The position numbers were made by a program, and so were the translations under genes. A stretch of 64,000 nucleotides of DNA. Source: Amoebidium appalachense (lineage: Eukaryota; Protista; Ichthyosporea). The stretch spans positions 5,277,167 to 5,341,166 of the forward strand of contig CAVNZM010000005.1 in NCBI GenBank assembly GCA_963693365.1, in the 5' to 3' direction. The notes under the pieces were generated by a model. That model did not search any database and was not told the origin of the DNA. It was given only the letters and a program-made list of their open reading frames with translations. This document shows positions 1 through 13,578 of the stretch, one piece after another; position 1 is the stretch's first letter; every line of letters begins with the position of its first letter.

Positions 1-372
1 ATTAATTGCCAAGTAGTGCACGACTCACGAGTCTAAACAAACTAAAGTTTTAAGGATAAAAATAGAATTAATAATAATAATAATTAGAAAAACGGTATGT
101 TCAAGACTTTGCCAGTAGTAAGATGCCGGCTACGAAACACAACTCGAAAAACTTTTGAAACGGGAACGAAAGCGACAAAAAAAAAAAAAAGAAAAGAAAA
201 AAAAGAAGATAAAAAATGGAGGGACAAAATGGAAAACTTTGCTAGCTAAAGGGGACCAACAACTTGAATTTAAAAGGACCAACAGAAAAGTTTATCGTTC
301 CTTGATTAAACTAAATGCCACGTTTTTGAACGTATATAATCATGAAACGATTTTTGACATTTTCTGGCAATA

Positions 373-501
373 TTAGGCAAACCGAGAGGGGCATTTGAGT
401 TCATATTCATGGTAAGGCCCGGGGGATGCAAAAGCCTAGATACATGATGTATAGTTGTTATACCGTGGAGAAGGCGGAGAGGGGGGGCGGAGGGAGGGGA
501 T

Positions 502-575
<74 letters not shown>

Positions 576-1074
576 AGAGAGAGGGGGGGGGGGGGAAGGG
601 TTAAAAACCCCCAACATCTGTCCATTTGAAGCTCCTTCCGCCAAATTTCGATCCTCGCTGAAGGAGATTCAACTTTCGAAACACCCCCGCAGGCCGAGGC
701 TGGGGTGGAATCTCCGTCTTGATCGTATTAGCCATATTTGGCACGGGGTTTGCAGTCGCAGGGAATGATTGGTCAATTTTCTCTGCCCCCTTGATGCGCG
801 CCATGGGGTTGTATTTGATTTTCAACTCCTTTACCTGTGATAACAAACTCGACTTAGCACCGTAAGGTTTAGGCAGGCCGGGAAAAAAAAAAAGATCACC
901 CAATGACCTCCTTTGCCTCCTCGGAGTCCCTCCCCCCCCCTCCCCCCTCCCCCCCCCCCCCCCCCCCCTGCACCCCCGTTCTTCCATTGTGGGATAAAGT
1001 GACACGAATCCGCACTGTGAATGATATTGGGGGTGCATGAGCATCATCAAGGCACTAAACGGCACACACACACA

Positions 1075-1129
<55 letters not shown>

Positions 1130-1369
1130 CTTTTACAGTCATCCCCACTGCAACACAAACCCCCTGATTGCCCAAGTCATGATAACTTTACATGCAGACG
1201 GAAGCCATGTTTGTGCCAGGTTAAAGTCCTTACGTACCATGGTGTTTTAGGGTGCTAAGATGGGTCTGAGATGCCGTGGGCCGGAGGGGGAAGGAGGAGG
1301 AGAGGGGGAGGGGGGAGAGAGAAGGGGAGGGCGGGTGAGTGGTTTTTTCTTTTTTTTTTTTTTTCTTCT

Positions 1370-1400
<31 letters not shown>

Positions 1401-2155
1401 GGGAGGGGGGATCGAGTGAAAGGGAGAGATAGAGAAAAAAAGAAATGAGGGCCTTCCATGTCCATGCCGGGAGGGGGAGAGGGGAGGGGAGGGGGAGGGG
1501 TGGCGCCAGGAGGGGGGAAGGGGGGGACGGGGGGGAGTGGGGGGGGTGGGGGAAGAGAGGGTAAGCCATTACCCTGTCGTTGTGGTAGGCAGTTATGGCC
1601 ACAAAGGTGCATAGAGTCAACTCAAAGACCATGGGGTGGGGGTTCAACGTTACAACCCCCCCAATTGACAATTCAGTCACTTCCACAATGGTGAGCACGG
1701 GTGTATAGCGGTGCAGAGTCGTGACGGGGATGGCGCTGTTCAGTGCTGGGCCATCGTCGACATTCGAGATTTTAAGTTGCGGAAATTTGAGATTGTCAGG
1801 GTCGAGGAGCTCTTTTCCGGTAAAAATGGGTGACGATTTGCCGTTTGAGTGGCAATATACGCGCGGGCCGGCCGCTTGGTCCCTGTTTTCCGAATCTGCC
1901 GTCGACGGGGAAGTGCCTGGGGGAGAAAATTTTGAGTGACGGTCAGTGGGGGCTAACATAATGTGTAGCATCAGTGCGAAGACTGAGGCCCACACTGCAT
2001 TGACATGGTGGTGACTGCATGTTAGTGGGTGGGTGGGGAAGTTTTTCGTTTTTCAAGTCTTCCTTCCGTTTATCTTTGCTAATCCCCCCTCCCCCTCCTC
2101 TCCCCCTTTTCCTCCAATCCCCCCCCCCCCCCCCCCCCCCTTATCCATCAAGAAA

Positions 2156-2188
<33 letters not shown>

Positions 2189-2508
2189 GGGCCAGGGAGG
2201 AGGCGGGGGCGGGGAGGGAGGTTACAAAGCAGCTCAGTGCCGGCGCGGCGTTTTACTTAATCACTTGGGGAAACTATGTGCCGTATATGAGGCTTAACAA
2301 ACAGCACTATGAAAGCATCAAAAGGGACAACAAACTGGCTTGTGCAGACTGATTTCTTAGGGTCCCGGAGGAGATCTGTGCATGAGATCTTGGTGATGGC
2401 CGTGCCCGTTTCACGTGTTTTTTTTCTTTTTTTTTTTTCTTTTTTTTCTTCTTTTTCCCCCCCCCTTTTTTCCCCCCTCCCCATGATGGGAGGGCGAATT
2501 GCCAAACT

Positions 2509-2544
<36 letters not shown>

Positions 2545-3172
2545 CTTACCAAATTTCATACGCTTGGCTGCTCTCTTCCTCACCGTTGCATTGTTAGAGA
2601 CCGCCCATGTATTACAAAACTTATCCCACACCCATTTGCACCCACCATCCTCCAAACGGATTTCGACCCACACCATGTATCTCTTATCGGGGTCGATCCC
2701 AGACAGAATTTCAAGTTCCACCGTAGGAAACAGCTGCCGCCCCTTGCGGCTCACTACCATCTCGTTGGTGTGCCGGTAGAGTGAACCCCACAACGCTGCA
2801 TTTTGGACGGAAATTGTCGCCCCCGAACCGTTTTTATCGGATACCGTGCTCAAATTTTCCGAGTATAGGGGGGTTTTTGACCCCACGGACAGTAGTTCCG
2901 TAGAGTCTGACTGAGAAATCTCCATGGTGGGACTAGGTTTGGAGGGCAGAATTAACTTGAATGATCCGGTTGTGCCCTGTGCCTGATGCAGAAGTAGCGG
3001 TTTCGATTGGGTTGCCGTTCTTTTCGATTGAAATTTCGCTGGTTTGTAGGATTTTGGCCTTGACGACGGCGTGAATACGACGGTTACGGGGTTAACTCCA
3101 GCCGGGGACTCCGTGGCGTGACGGCTCTCTGCTGACACATCCACAGTGCTTGTACTCTCCAGAGAGTAGAAG
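373..3172 (-). CDS. Divergent T-box transcription factor (Brachyury-like), core exons
   Basis: Phase-compatible GT-AG exons 3172-2550 (LWGSLYRHTNEMVVSRKGRQLFP...GIDPDKRY...KW), 1916-1573 (RVYCHS...QLKISN...TLHRYTP...FVAITAYHNDR) and 834-~617 (VKELKIKYNPMAR) give the ordered T-box motifs. The last exon (~437-373) is tentative. Confidence 0.9.
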
Positions 3173-3682
3173 CTGTATGTGTGTGTGTGTACATGTGCAT
3201 GTGTATGTGTGTGTGTGTGTGTGTGTGTTTGGGGGGGGGGGGGGGGGGGGGGGGGGGGAGGAGGGGGGAGAGGAGGCAGGGGAAGCGGGGGGGGGGGGGG
3301 GGGGGGGGGGAGGGGGGGGTATGTGTGGGTGTGCGCAAGTAATGTGGACGTAAGAGATGCGCTGAGTGTGAGTCGTACTTTCGTACATACGTGTGTTTCT
3401 GGCGCTAGAGGAGGGAGAGCGTGGGGGTGGGGGTGGGGTGGGGGGAGGGGTGGGGGGGGGGGAGATTGCATCAAATATGATGATTAAGTAGTCTTGTGTA
3501 TGTGTGTGTGTGTGGGGGGGCGAGGGCCCGTTCTGTGATTTTTTTTGGGGGGTCTGAGGACTTTCTAGTTATGACTATCACGTAGTCTAACATTCTCAAA
3601 GAACACGGTACTGGTGAACTAAAAATCAAACTATTGAATACCGTAAATGGAGGGGGGAGGGGGGAAGGGGGGAAGGGGAAAA

Positions 3683-3731
<49 letters not shown>

Positions 3732-3979
3732 CGCAGCAGCTTGTTGCTTTGTGACAGTGCAGGGTGATTGAGTAAAGAGTGGGGCCTGAGTTTGCCTACT
3801 ACTATAGGCTATGTAGTAGTGACCGCCAGCAGAATTGTGTATGTCAGGCAGGTGAGTATTTGCATGACACTCACTGTGATACGTGCAAGTTGAGCGCGCG
3901 AGTGTGTGCTGTAACTCTGTATGGTATACACACCGCACGCGGCCAATGTGGGTCCCCCCCCCCCCCCTCCCCCCCCCTC

Positions 3980-4011
<32 letters not shown>

Positions 4012-4144
4012 CCCCCTCTCTCTTACTTTTTCAGCTTTCTTTTTCAGTTTGTTCCCTATGATTCCTACGCTACTAGTAATAATTTGCGAGTGAGGGGAGG
4101 GTGAGGGTGAGGGGAGAGGGGAGAGGGGGAGGGAGAGAGCAAAC

Positions 4145-5709
4145 CTGGTTGGAGACAAAAGAGAGTCATTGGTGTTGCACTCATTGAGGCTCCTAGTCCG
4201 CTGATTGACATCGGACTCCGCATTAGCCTTATTTAGGTAATAATCATACCAGGGGCCTTGTGATTGGCCCAGGTTGATGGCGGAATCTTGCCGCACCCAC
4301 TGCACCCACGGAACCCCATTGTTGATTGAATGAAGTCTGCGCCGGCAGGATTGCGATTGGCTGGCTGTTGGTAGCCGAGGTGGTCCTGACGTTTGATTGG
4401 ACAGCTGGCTCCGTGCTCCAACGAACTTGCGGCATGTCGGGCTGCTCGCGTCATATATATAGTTATTAGTGATTAGTGGCTGAGCACTACTTGCGGAATG
4501 GGAACACATATTGGTTGCACCGTCATTTTTCGGGCTTCAAGTTTGATAAAATTCTTACGTTTTCTTGAAGTTTTGGGGTTTTCGGTGTTGGAGGGGGTGG
4601 GATCGGGACAGGTGGGGAGTAGGGCTGGCATTGGGGTGGGTGGCAGGTTTTTGTTCTATTCTTTTTCTTTGTCGTTTTTTTTTCTTCCTTCCTTCCTTTC
4701 TTTTTTTTTTTCTTCCCCTTAATTTCTTTCCAGGCTTTCTTTCTTTCTTTCTTTCTTTCCTTTTCTCGCTTTTTTTTCTTTTTCTTTTTCTTTTTTCTTT
4801 TCTTGTTTCTTTCTTTCTTTCTTTTCTTTTTTTTTTTTTTTGTGTGTGTGGTGGTGGTGGTGGTGGTGGTGGTGGTGGTGGTGGTGGTGGTGGTTGTGGT
4901 TGTGGTGGTGGTGGTGGTGGTGGTGGTGGGGGGGGGGGGGGGGGGGGGGGGGGGGAGGGGGGAAGGGAGAGTGGTTTGGGGGGGGGGGGGGGGGGGGAGG
5001 GGGAGGGAGGGAGCCAGGTGTATCGCCGGAGTCAAGCCAGTTTAACGCAAACACAACTGAAATCGGAAAACTTTTTTTTCCGGTGCGAATTAGTTGAACA
5101 GTTGCAAGGGAGGGGCCAATTGCATTGATTGTCCGACCGAGTTCGATTCTAGTGGCCCAGACTCACCTCACAATACAATCTGTCGGTCTCCTTGCTCATA
5201 TGCTGCATTCCCTCACCCCACGTTAAACTTTCTGGCCCTCCCCGCGAGCTCAAGGATCCCACCGGAGACTCGAGGTCTTCCTCAGACAACACCACCAAAT
5301 CTGTAGTGATATCGCCCAAAGTGCCGTACTCGATGAGCGATTCAGGGTCGGTTGCTATCCCATCGTCAATATCCCTGCTGAGGTCAAACTTCAAGTCTTG
5401 AAACAAAAGATCGTTGAAGCTCAGAAGCTCGTCGAGTTCGCGGAGACGTTCATGCTCTTCACTTGTGCCGGCGGCGAAGTGATTGACGGCGTGGGTTTCC
5501 GTGCCGGAGCCAGTCGTGAAATCCGGCGAGAGAATATTATCTGGTTGGTGGCCAAAGGGTTGGCATAAAACGCCGTATGTAAAGTCAACCATACACGGCG
5601 CTATGGTTTCGCACGATTCATTTTCAGAGTTGTCCGCTACCTCGAAGTCAGTATTGCTCCCGTACCCGTAGAGGGTGGGCGTGGTGTTAAGCAACACCAT
5701 GTCCGCCAT
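4145..5709 (-). CDS. Probable 5' exons of the T-box gene (acidic/Ser-rich N-terminus)
   Basis: Open, non-repetitive frames 5709-~5167 (MADMVLL...) and ~4509-4145. The latter ends ACC AG|gt, a phase-2 match to the exon starting at 3172. The junction between the two is unresolved. Confidence 0.55.
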
Positions 5710-5835
5710 GGTTGATGATGAGTGGTGGTACTGTGCGTGTACGACCGGGTGAAGTTCACAGTCGAGAGAACTCGCAATGCAACGGTTAAAAATAAAAGAG
5801 GTCAACAAGTTCACAAAACTACGCTCAGTGAATAC

Positions 5836-5843
5836 TATATATA
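5836..5843 (-). promoter_or_regulatory. Possible TATA box
   Basis: TATATATA about 130 bp upstream of the putative ATG at 5709. Confidence 0.35.
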
Positions 5844-7471
5844 ATGGGCATACAGGGCCCCGCTGGCCGTGAAATATTTAGCAGCTGCTCCGGGAACTCA
5901 GCTCAGGTCCCCCGCTGGCAGCCTGCTCGTCAAACCGAATACTATGGAAGGGCAGAACCGTTGAACTTCAACACTAGGGCCGCAATTACTACAAGTACTT
6001 TTCTAGTAAAATTTCATATTCCGCTGGCGGAGCCCGTCAGGCCGCTTGAAGGGATTCAACGGCGTATGACACCAGATATGAATAGTCCTGATACCGTGAG
6101 AGTCTAATAATTCGTTTTCCGACAGGTTTGCCTCATGTGTCCAGTGGGCTCCCAGCTGCAGGCCTTAAAGTTGGGTTGGTAGCTGTTCGGCATTAATGCT
6201 GAGTACTTTAATGACTCCCGTGGCACTGTTAACGTTGGTGGACTCTGGACTTCCTTCAACCGGAACGTGTCTGGCAGTCGCACTTGAAATCAAAGTCTTA
6301 CTGTCCACGGCAAGGATACCATGTAGTAGCCTAATTCACTATCTATTGATTGAATGCTCAAGGGCTGCCAGCTGCAGTGCAGGTGACCGTCGGTACTACT
6401 AGCCGGGTGGTGTTATGGTGGAAGGCTTCTGAAGCACTGCCAGGTACGTGCCAGCCAACTTGTGTACGCTGTCCGACAGGCCTGAAATAAACTAATCATG
6501 TTATCTTGAAGCCGCTAGTAGTTGAATTATAACTTCACAGGCTGGCAGTGCGCCTGTAATTTTCAGTTGTATATTTTAAACGGATATCCGAATCATGTGC
6601 CAGAACTTAACTTATAATATGTACGTCGTGGCCGCTGGGCCTGGCAGGAGAATATTCCACAAGCTCATACACCAGTGTGCAATGGAGCCACCGTACAAAA
6701 AAAAATGCACGTGTACACGAAGTTTTCTAGGTCCAACTTGGTCTAACGCGGATCGATGTACGGAACCAAATAGTGTCAGTGTGTTGGTAGTAACAGTTCG
6801 ACCTAAGCCTGTACAACGATGCATGCAGTGTATGTAACCCCTCAGCCGTCAGCCCACGGTGCTACATGTACAGCCCACGACCGTCTATTTACTGATAATA
6901 GTGGCCACGCACGACAGTGGTGCGGCCATTGGCCAAGTTCGCGATGGCTCAGTAGTGCGTGGGTCGACTGGAAAGCTTGTGGAACCTTCGAAGGTGCACG
7001 TAACTCGCCCGTACGCGTACGCGTACATGTGAGTTCGAGAGAGTCAGTGTGCTGTACTAGTACTAGTAGGCTGGGCTGGGTGTTTATTAGTTGATCATTA
7101 GTAAGGGATTTCGAAATGCGTGATGTATGGACATGTGCATACAGAACCTTACGCAAGGCAGACGTCGCAAATCCACGCAACTTAGCTAGCTATATAGCCT
7201 AGCCAATATGAATATAGTAGTGACGGCTGATGATGATTATCGAAATCACTATCATGACAGGCTTATCATGCAATCATACGTACGTACACGTGAGCCGTGC
7301 ACGCGTACGGTGCACGTACCCAGTGTAGCTTGCAATTGTACATATTCTCGTGGCCGTGGTTGCATTCTTGTGTGTGCATTTGTTCGTACGCGTGCCGCGT
7401 GCGAGGGGCGCCGTTTTGATTCTCTGAGATATGATCTGCCATATTACAACATAAAACATTAAGGTGCCTTA

Positions 7472-8545
7472 GGGCCTGTTTGGCAACGCGGAGTTAGCGG
7501 CCATACTCCGGAGTAAGATCGATTTTGGAGTTAGGGCTAAAGCAGATTTTCTGAAATCCGCGATGCCAAACAGACGGCCCAATCTGGGCCTGTGTACGCC
7601 GGGTTTCAAACCCCTTGGACATCGCTTGTACTCCAATTTCTATAATCCACCTCCGGAGGTGGATTATGCGCGAAATGTTCAACGCCGTGTGAAGGTCTAA
7701 ACCAATGAAAATTCATGTCGTGAGACCTTTTTACATTTCTCTCTCGGCCAATTGGCGGCAGTGCAATATAGCCAAAAACAGTTAAAGTGGAAAAGACGCC
7801 AAACGGAAAGTCCGTTGTCACCGGCATGGCCAGCTTGCTGGTGAGCGGCCTGCGACAGCCCGAGCGCAGGCTCCGACCAGCCACACACAGCCGGCCACGT
7901 GTGCCACGGTAGGTCGTATAAAAACAAGCCCCCCCTCAACTATTCTTCCTCTTCGCGGCCAACTCGTAGGCAACCTTTTTTTTACCATTAGACAATCTTT
8001 TGCACATCGGTCAAGATTGTCTGAACCGACAGGATGCCTGTAGGGGGAAGCAAAGAATGCAATTGCTGCAATTGCGGCCGAAAGGGCCATGTTTCGTGCT
8101 AAATAGTGGTTTTGCAACCGGAAACGTTGATGTTGTTTTATATGCAAATGGTATCATTACAGTGTATACAAATACATACATATGGGACACTGCACAGTCA
8201 CTACAAAAAAATAGTACTAAGTCCTAGGTACGATATATATTCCGAGCAAAACCCCCCCCCCCCATACCTGAGACTGGTTCTCTTTGCCTCGAGTAAACAG
8301 CGTAAACCCCAGGTACGATATACGTGCAAAGTATGCGCACTCCGATCAACGTAAAACTTGCGCAATGTGACTTGATAAACTAAGCTGCAGCTGAAAAAAG
8401 TGTTGTCTGTTTGGCACGAGCGGTTATTATCTACGCCAGGTTTTGACCTAAATCCGGATTACAAATCAGAATCTGGATACTGATTTGATACCCGGCGTAT
8501 ACGGTCTACGCCGGAGTTCGTAACTCCGCGTTGCCAAACAGGCCC
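7472..8545. mobile_element. Non-autonomous PIF/Harbinger (Tourist-like) element
   Basis: Perfect 25-bp TIRs GGGCCTGTTTGGCAACGCGGAGTTA / TAACTCCGCGTTGCCAAACAGGCCC, flanked by a TTA duplication (7469-7471, 8546-8548). No transposase ORF. Confidence 0.9.
8238..8310 (+). mobile_element. ~73-bp copy of the LINE-B 3' end, nested in the MITE
   Basis: Reverse complement of ~16642-16712; 12-bp TSD AGGTACGATATA at 8226-8237 and 8311-8322. Confidence 0.85.
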
Positions 8546-8692
8546 TTAAGAAAAAACGCGGCTCATGGCTGGGCCAATCAAGGCGAAGCGTTGCTTTTTT
8601 GTTCGACTGACGTCATCGAGGTGCGAGCAAACTGTTTGATTGGCCTACGTGTTCTCAGAATCTCAGTAGTGCGACGTCAATCGGGCACTTGT

Positions 8693-8994
8693 GCCCCCAA
8701 AAGCGAGCGAACCGAGCCTACATGAAAAAAAATAAAAAATAGCAAACCTGCCCCCCAAATGCGAGCGAAGCGAGCTTACATGTAAAAGAAATTAGCAAAC
8801 TTGCCCCCCAAATGCGAGTGAAGCGAGCCTAAACGTAAAAAAAAGCCAGGATATCGATGAGACCCCCCAAATGCGAGCGAAGCGAGCCAGGCGCATAACA
8901 CTGGTGGCGGACCGGGCCACTGGTGATGGGACTGCGGCTCGCGGCCCTGATCCTTCAAGGCCCCGGAATGCAAGGGCCGTTCCCTGTATTATAA

Positions 8995-9051
<57 letters not shown>

Positions 9052-9270
9052 CAAAATGCGAGCGAAGCGAGCCTACCGTAAAAAAATTGCGAACTTGCCC
9101 CCCAAAATGCGAGCGAAGCGAGCCCACACGTAAAAAGATAGTCAGGATATCGATGCCCCCCAAAATGCGAGCGAAGCGAGCCAACATGTACATGTATATA
9201 ATAGCAAACGGCCTAGTGGGCCCTCCGAGCCGGGCCGGCTGCACGTGGCCCGATGCGAGCGAAGCGAGCC
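8693..9270 (+). repeat. Array of 8 (CCCCCAAAT)GCGAGCGAAGCGAGC motifs
   Basis: Cores at ~8703, 8761, 8814, 8873, 9058, 9109, 9167 and 9255, mostly 50-60 bp apart, with related linkers. Confidence 0.85.
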
Positions 9271-10008
9271 TAGCAAGGCGCCCGCTGCAGCAGCGATAGC
9301 ACATCTGGCGCTATGGCGGGCAGCTTGCTATGTAGTCATCCATGAACAAAAAAAAGGAATACGGTATGTAGCACAAAGTTTTGCACACCGACACTGTCAT
9401 GGCAAGACATAGTGCACCGTGATAGTGGGCCGTTTTGCAGGGGCACATGCAATTAGTTGGCCAGTATAGTACATCACTAATATCAAATCAAATTAGACTT
9501 TGCCAGGTTGCCTGTAATTGTAATAGATTACTGATATGTACACTGACCCACATGTTTCGAATTCAGTAATATTTTGGAAGACGTGCATACGTCGTGTATA
9601 TGTGTACGTGATGACCAGTCCGGTTCCCCGGCCGGTGCTTGACGACGATCTCAATGTACATGTGCAACATGCATTTGTCGATATCGACAAGACACGTAGT
9701 AAACACAAAATTTTGATACCGGTATACCGCAAAAAGAATTATTACAACATGTAGAATACTGGCAAGGCTTAAAATATCATCGCATTTGTTCAATGGTAGT
9801 GAAAAATAAACCGTCCGGATATAGTTTCGTTCGAGATGGGAATTTTATCTATTATGCACCATTCCTGGGAATCCTGGCCCAGCCAAGCGGCATATGCATG
9901 CCATATGATGGCCACCCCGGCGCCAGTGCACGTGGCTGCAAAGCGGCATTTCCGGCTTCACGTGACCCGAGTAGAGTCTTGTTTTTAGATTCTGCAAAGT
10001 GTACCAAG

Positions 10009-10109
10009 TAATGTATATGGATGGTATTGTAATTACACAACAAAAGGTGGCTTGCAATTATAATGTATATGGATGGTATTGTAATTACACAACAAAAGGT
10101 GGCTTGCAA
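10009..10109 (+). repeat. Tandem duplication, ~52-bp period
   Basis: Two copies of ATGTATATGGATGGTATTGTAATTACACAACAAAAGGTGGCTTGCAA. Confidence 0.85.
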
Positions 10110-10842
10110 GTTTCAGGTTAGTTCAGTGCTGGGCAGTGCCGCGTGCGATTCTATTATTTAGATCTTCCAAGTAAGTTTACACCCGGGCTCAGGGTGTGAA
10201 ATGCGTTTTTGGCTAGTGCCATTTTAGCACCTTTCCACCACCCTGGATGGCCCTAATAGAGCCAACAACCGTTTGTAGGTGTATTTTCTTATCTATTTGG
10301 CCCTGCTAGGGCTAATTTTTGAAGAATTGATGGACCTAACATCAAAAAGTTAGGGACAATTTTCGGACTTTCAGGGGCAATTTTCTGGCCCTAAACCCTC
10401 CAATTTCACAGCCCGGGCCGGGCTGTTGCGCCATGTCTGTCAAGGGCGGCCCACGTACACTCATACGTCCAGCCTCGCACAGCAAACATCATTTTATTTA
10501 CTGTAGTGTGCTGTATTCTCTGATATTCTCCCCTATAGCTATTAGAAACCAGCGTACAATAAGTAAGTAAAGCACGACCATAGGCATAGGTCACTACTTG
10601 TATTTATTATCCAATAGGAACCTCGTTTGGCACAAAATGCCACCAATAGTAATCAAGGATGGCACCATTTACATACCAACTTAGATCCTGTGCTGGTGCC
10701 TGCCAGACCAGTTAGGGGCATGTAAATAAATCCCGAGAAAAATGGGGATAGATTGGGGGCCTTGGGATACGAGATATATCCAGATATACAGGTAGTTGGG
10801 GGATAGTTCGACGTGATATTTAGGGGGCTCCGAGATCGAAGA

Positions 10843-12420
10843 TTTTTTTCTTTTGACTGGATTTATTCGACGGAAAGATATGCAAGTATGCACGGCATAC
10901 AGTAACTGAGAAGACAATAAAAAACTTCACAAGTTATCCAGTAACAAGTACATACTGAGATACCTGAGTGCACTGTGTGAAAATCATATAAATACTCAAT
11001 GTGACGACCAACAGAATTCAACAAAAAGTCTAAAGTGGTCACATTGCCAGCCAGTGTAGCAGACACCCGTAGGGAAAGAGGTATAACGCGACATAAAAAC
11101 TCACACCTATCAACATGCTTGCGATTAAAAAGTTCAGCACAAAAGTGGCACCAGTGGCGATGAAAACAAAAATTACAACGCCACTGCCCAGGCAATATCA
11201 ACATCAGAGCACCATACAGACTTATCCTAGTACTAGGGTGGTATCCATATCGTACGGCAGGAGAAATATATCTTGCCAAAGCTCCCAAAAAGCGATAATG
11301 ATCAGTACGGTGTTGCCTAAGGAACATAACACATGCCGACTGAGTTTTACCTTTAATTTCTCTATCAGAACGAGAAAGAAACTTATTCTGCGTATGGTAC
11401 TACAATAACGCGAAATTAAAGGCAGAAAAAAACAGGAAGAGAAAAGAAAGAGGGAGTGAGATAGCAAGACCGAGGAAGAATCAGGTTGAAAGAGGTTAGG
11501 CTGAGAACATGTTTAAGGACATTCAGATTCTGAAGTAGCGTTGGTGAATCGGGGGGGAAGAGGGATGGAGGGACTGAGGGGGGGGGAAAGAAAGCATAAA
11601 GAGGGTGACCATCAGGTATCCTAACTAAATGAAATTTTAAAATGAAGAGACAATTCCTCCACACGACAAACAGCAGACGACAAATGAATCCAAACATACT
11701 GATTAAGGGAGGCACAAACCGAGTACGAAACAAAGTGCGCAGCGCAGTACCCTGAAAATCGTCAAACTAGTCTTTCAGCGCCACGGCCGCCTCGCGAGGT
11801 GGGGCCTCCGCGCAGGCCAATAGCGGAAGTCCAGAGTCGAAAGTCGGCCGTAAAAAAGTTTTATAGTAGTCTAAGAGAAGAAGGTTCGCAGGATGGATCA
11901 CAGACTCCCGTTGAAACATATTTGACACGATGTGAAGCTTACCCTTCGCACGAGCGATCCGTGCCGTGAGGAGCTTGCGGAAATCAATACCCCGTGCAGT
12001 AAATAGAATACCCAAATAGTCATAGGTGCTCTGAACAGGAATAGGAAGACCGGTCAGATTGAATCGAAAGGAAGCGTTTTTCGAAAAAGTAGCACACTTT
12101 GCAATTCCGACTGTTATGAGATTCTCGGTGCACTATTGATCCACCTGACGAAGCATCTGGTGCATGACATCTTCGGACCGGGTTATTAATAATGAACAAA
12201 GAACAATATCGTCCGCAAAAAGGAGACCTGGTACACGGCGGCGGGTATGAAGTTGGCCAAAGGGTTTGAAGATCTATCAAATTGGGGTGGAGATAATCCA
12301 ATGTAGAGGTTCGACGGATAGATCTGCATATCCCGAGTCTATGAGATACCCTGTAGTATTGTCGAATTGATTGGACAATTCTATTACAGTATGCGTCCAC
12401 GCATAACATACCGCCCCGAC
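10843..12420 (-). mobile_element. Decayed 5'-truncated non-LTR retrotransposon (LINE-A)
   Basis: Minus-strand RT motifs LLFADDIVL (~12200-12225), ITVGIAKC, YDYLGILF and YKTFLRPTFDSGLPLL, then WRCN..CHFC..FNRKH..C and TLDFLLN. Stops and frameshifts are present; there is an A-rich end at 10843. The 5' limit is approximate. Confidence 0.85.
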
Positions 12421-12494
12421 AAGGGTCGAGGTCGTTATGTTAAATTTTAATTAGTATCTAAAAATAGGCTCCCAGAGCCCGTGTCGATTATGTT

Positions 12495-12532
<38 letters not shown>

Positions 12533-12745
12533 CCCGCCCTCCCGCCCGCCCAGGAGGCCATACTGGGCCTCTCCATCGGGCGGGGAATCCGCAAACCGCT
12601 AAATGACATAAATATAGTAGTAAACAAATAATAAATTGATCAAATGAATGAATAAACAAAGAATACTTATACTAGTTCCTTTTTGAGATGGTGATAAAAA
12701 AAAAGAAGGGAAATTCGGGAGAAAAAAAAATAATTTGAAAAACTA

Positions 12746-12927
<182 letters not shown>

Positions 12928-13315
12928 CTTAAATCTAAATCAATACTTGAAAGTCTAGCATTTAGTACATCAAGTCCCCCCCCCCCCCCCCCCGCCCCCT
13001 CCCCTCCTCCCCAACCCGCTAAATAAGTAAATATAGAGGAAATCAATAAGTAATTGATTCAAATAATAATAAAAACATACTAATTTTTCAAGGGGACCAA
13101 ACCAAAAAAGAAACACACACACCCACACACACACACACACAAAACAACTCATACAAACAAGGACGTACTAGTCTTTCTGCTCCCTCACACCTTACTCTCA
13201 CACCACGAATTTGGCACCACACTAGTAGGCTACACGAGTAAGAGGCAACCCCTCCCCCTTCGCCTCATACAAATCCGTATTCAGGGTTTGATCAAGCTCC
13301 AAACCATTACCGTAA

Positions 13316-13575
13316 CTCACACGGAAAAGACTCAGCGATTCCGCGCGTGTGGGGGCTCTGCGGCTCTCTAAACTCTCCATGTGCGAGCGCAATTGTGCTT
13401 TTGCCGTTTCGGCTTGTGCAATTGCACGTGTGGTTGCGTTGTTGATTGTGTTGTTTGCGTTTACAAAACCCTCAGAAATGATTGCTTGGGCTTCTTGGGT
13501 AGTTTCCTGAAACTTGTCTGTGGCCTCATTTACTGTGTGCAGTGCACTATTCAACGCCCCAAATGCAGCTGCCTG
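13316..13575 (-). pseudogene. Isolated coiled-coil-like exon or gene fragment abutting the satellite
   Basis: Acceptor-like gtgcag, then AAAFGALNSALHTVNEATDKFQETTQEAQ...SLFR, then gtgagt. No partner exons identified. Confidence 0.35.
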
Positions 13576-13578
13576 CAC

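Noticed and set aside
2257-2410. Extension of the T-box ORF (TGTAITKISC...) as an extra exon
   Set aside because: Exon 3172-2550 joins 1916 directly in phase 1 and gives a complete T-box, so this segment is not needed.
7227-7260. Second hammerhead-like CTGATGA...CGAAA
   Set aside because: No adequate stem II, no NUH triplet in register and no stem I.
8693-9270. CRISPR-like repeat-spacer array
   Set aside because: The linkers are related to each other and uneven in length, there are no cas genes, and the context is eukaryotic.
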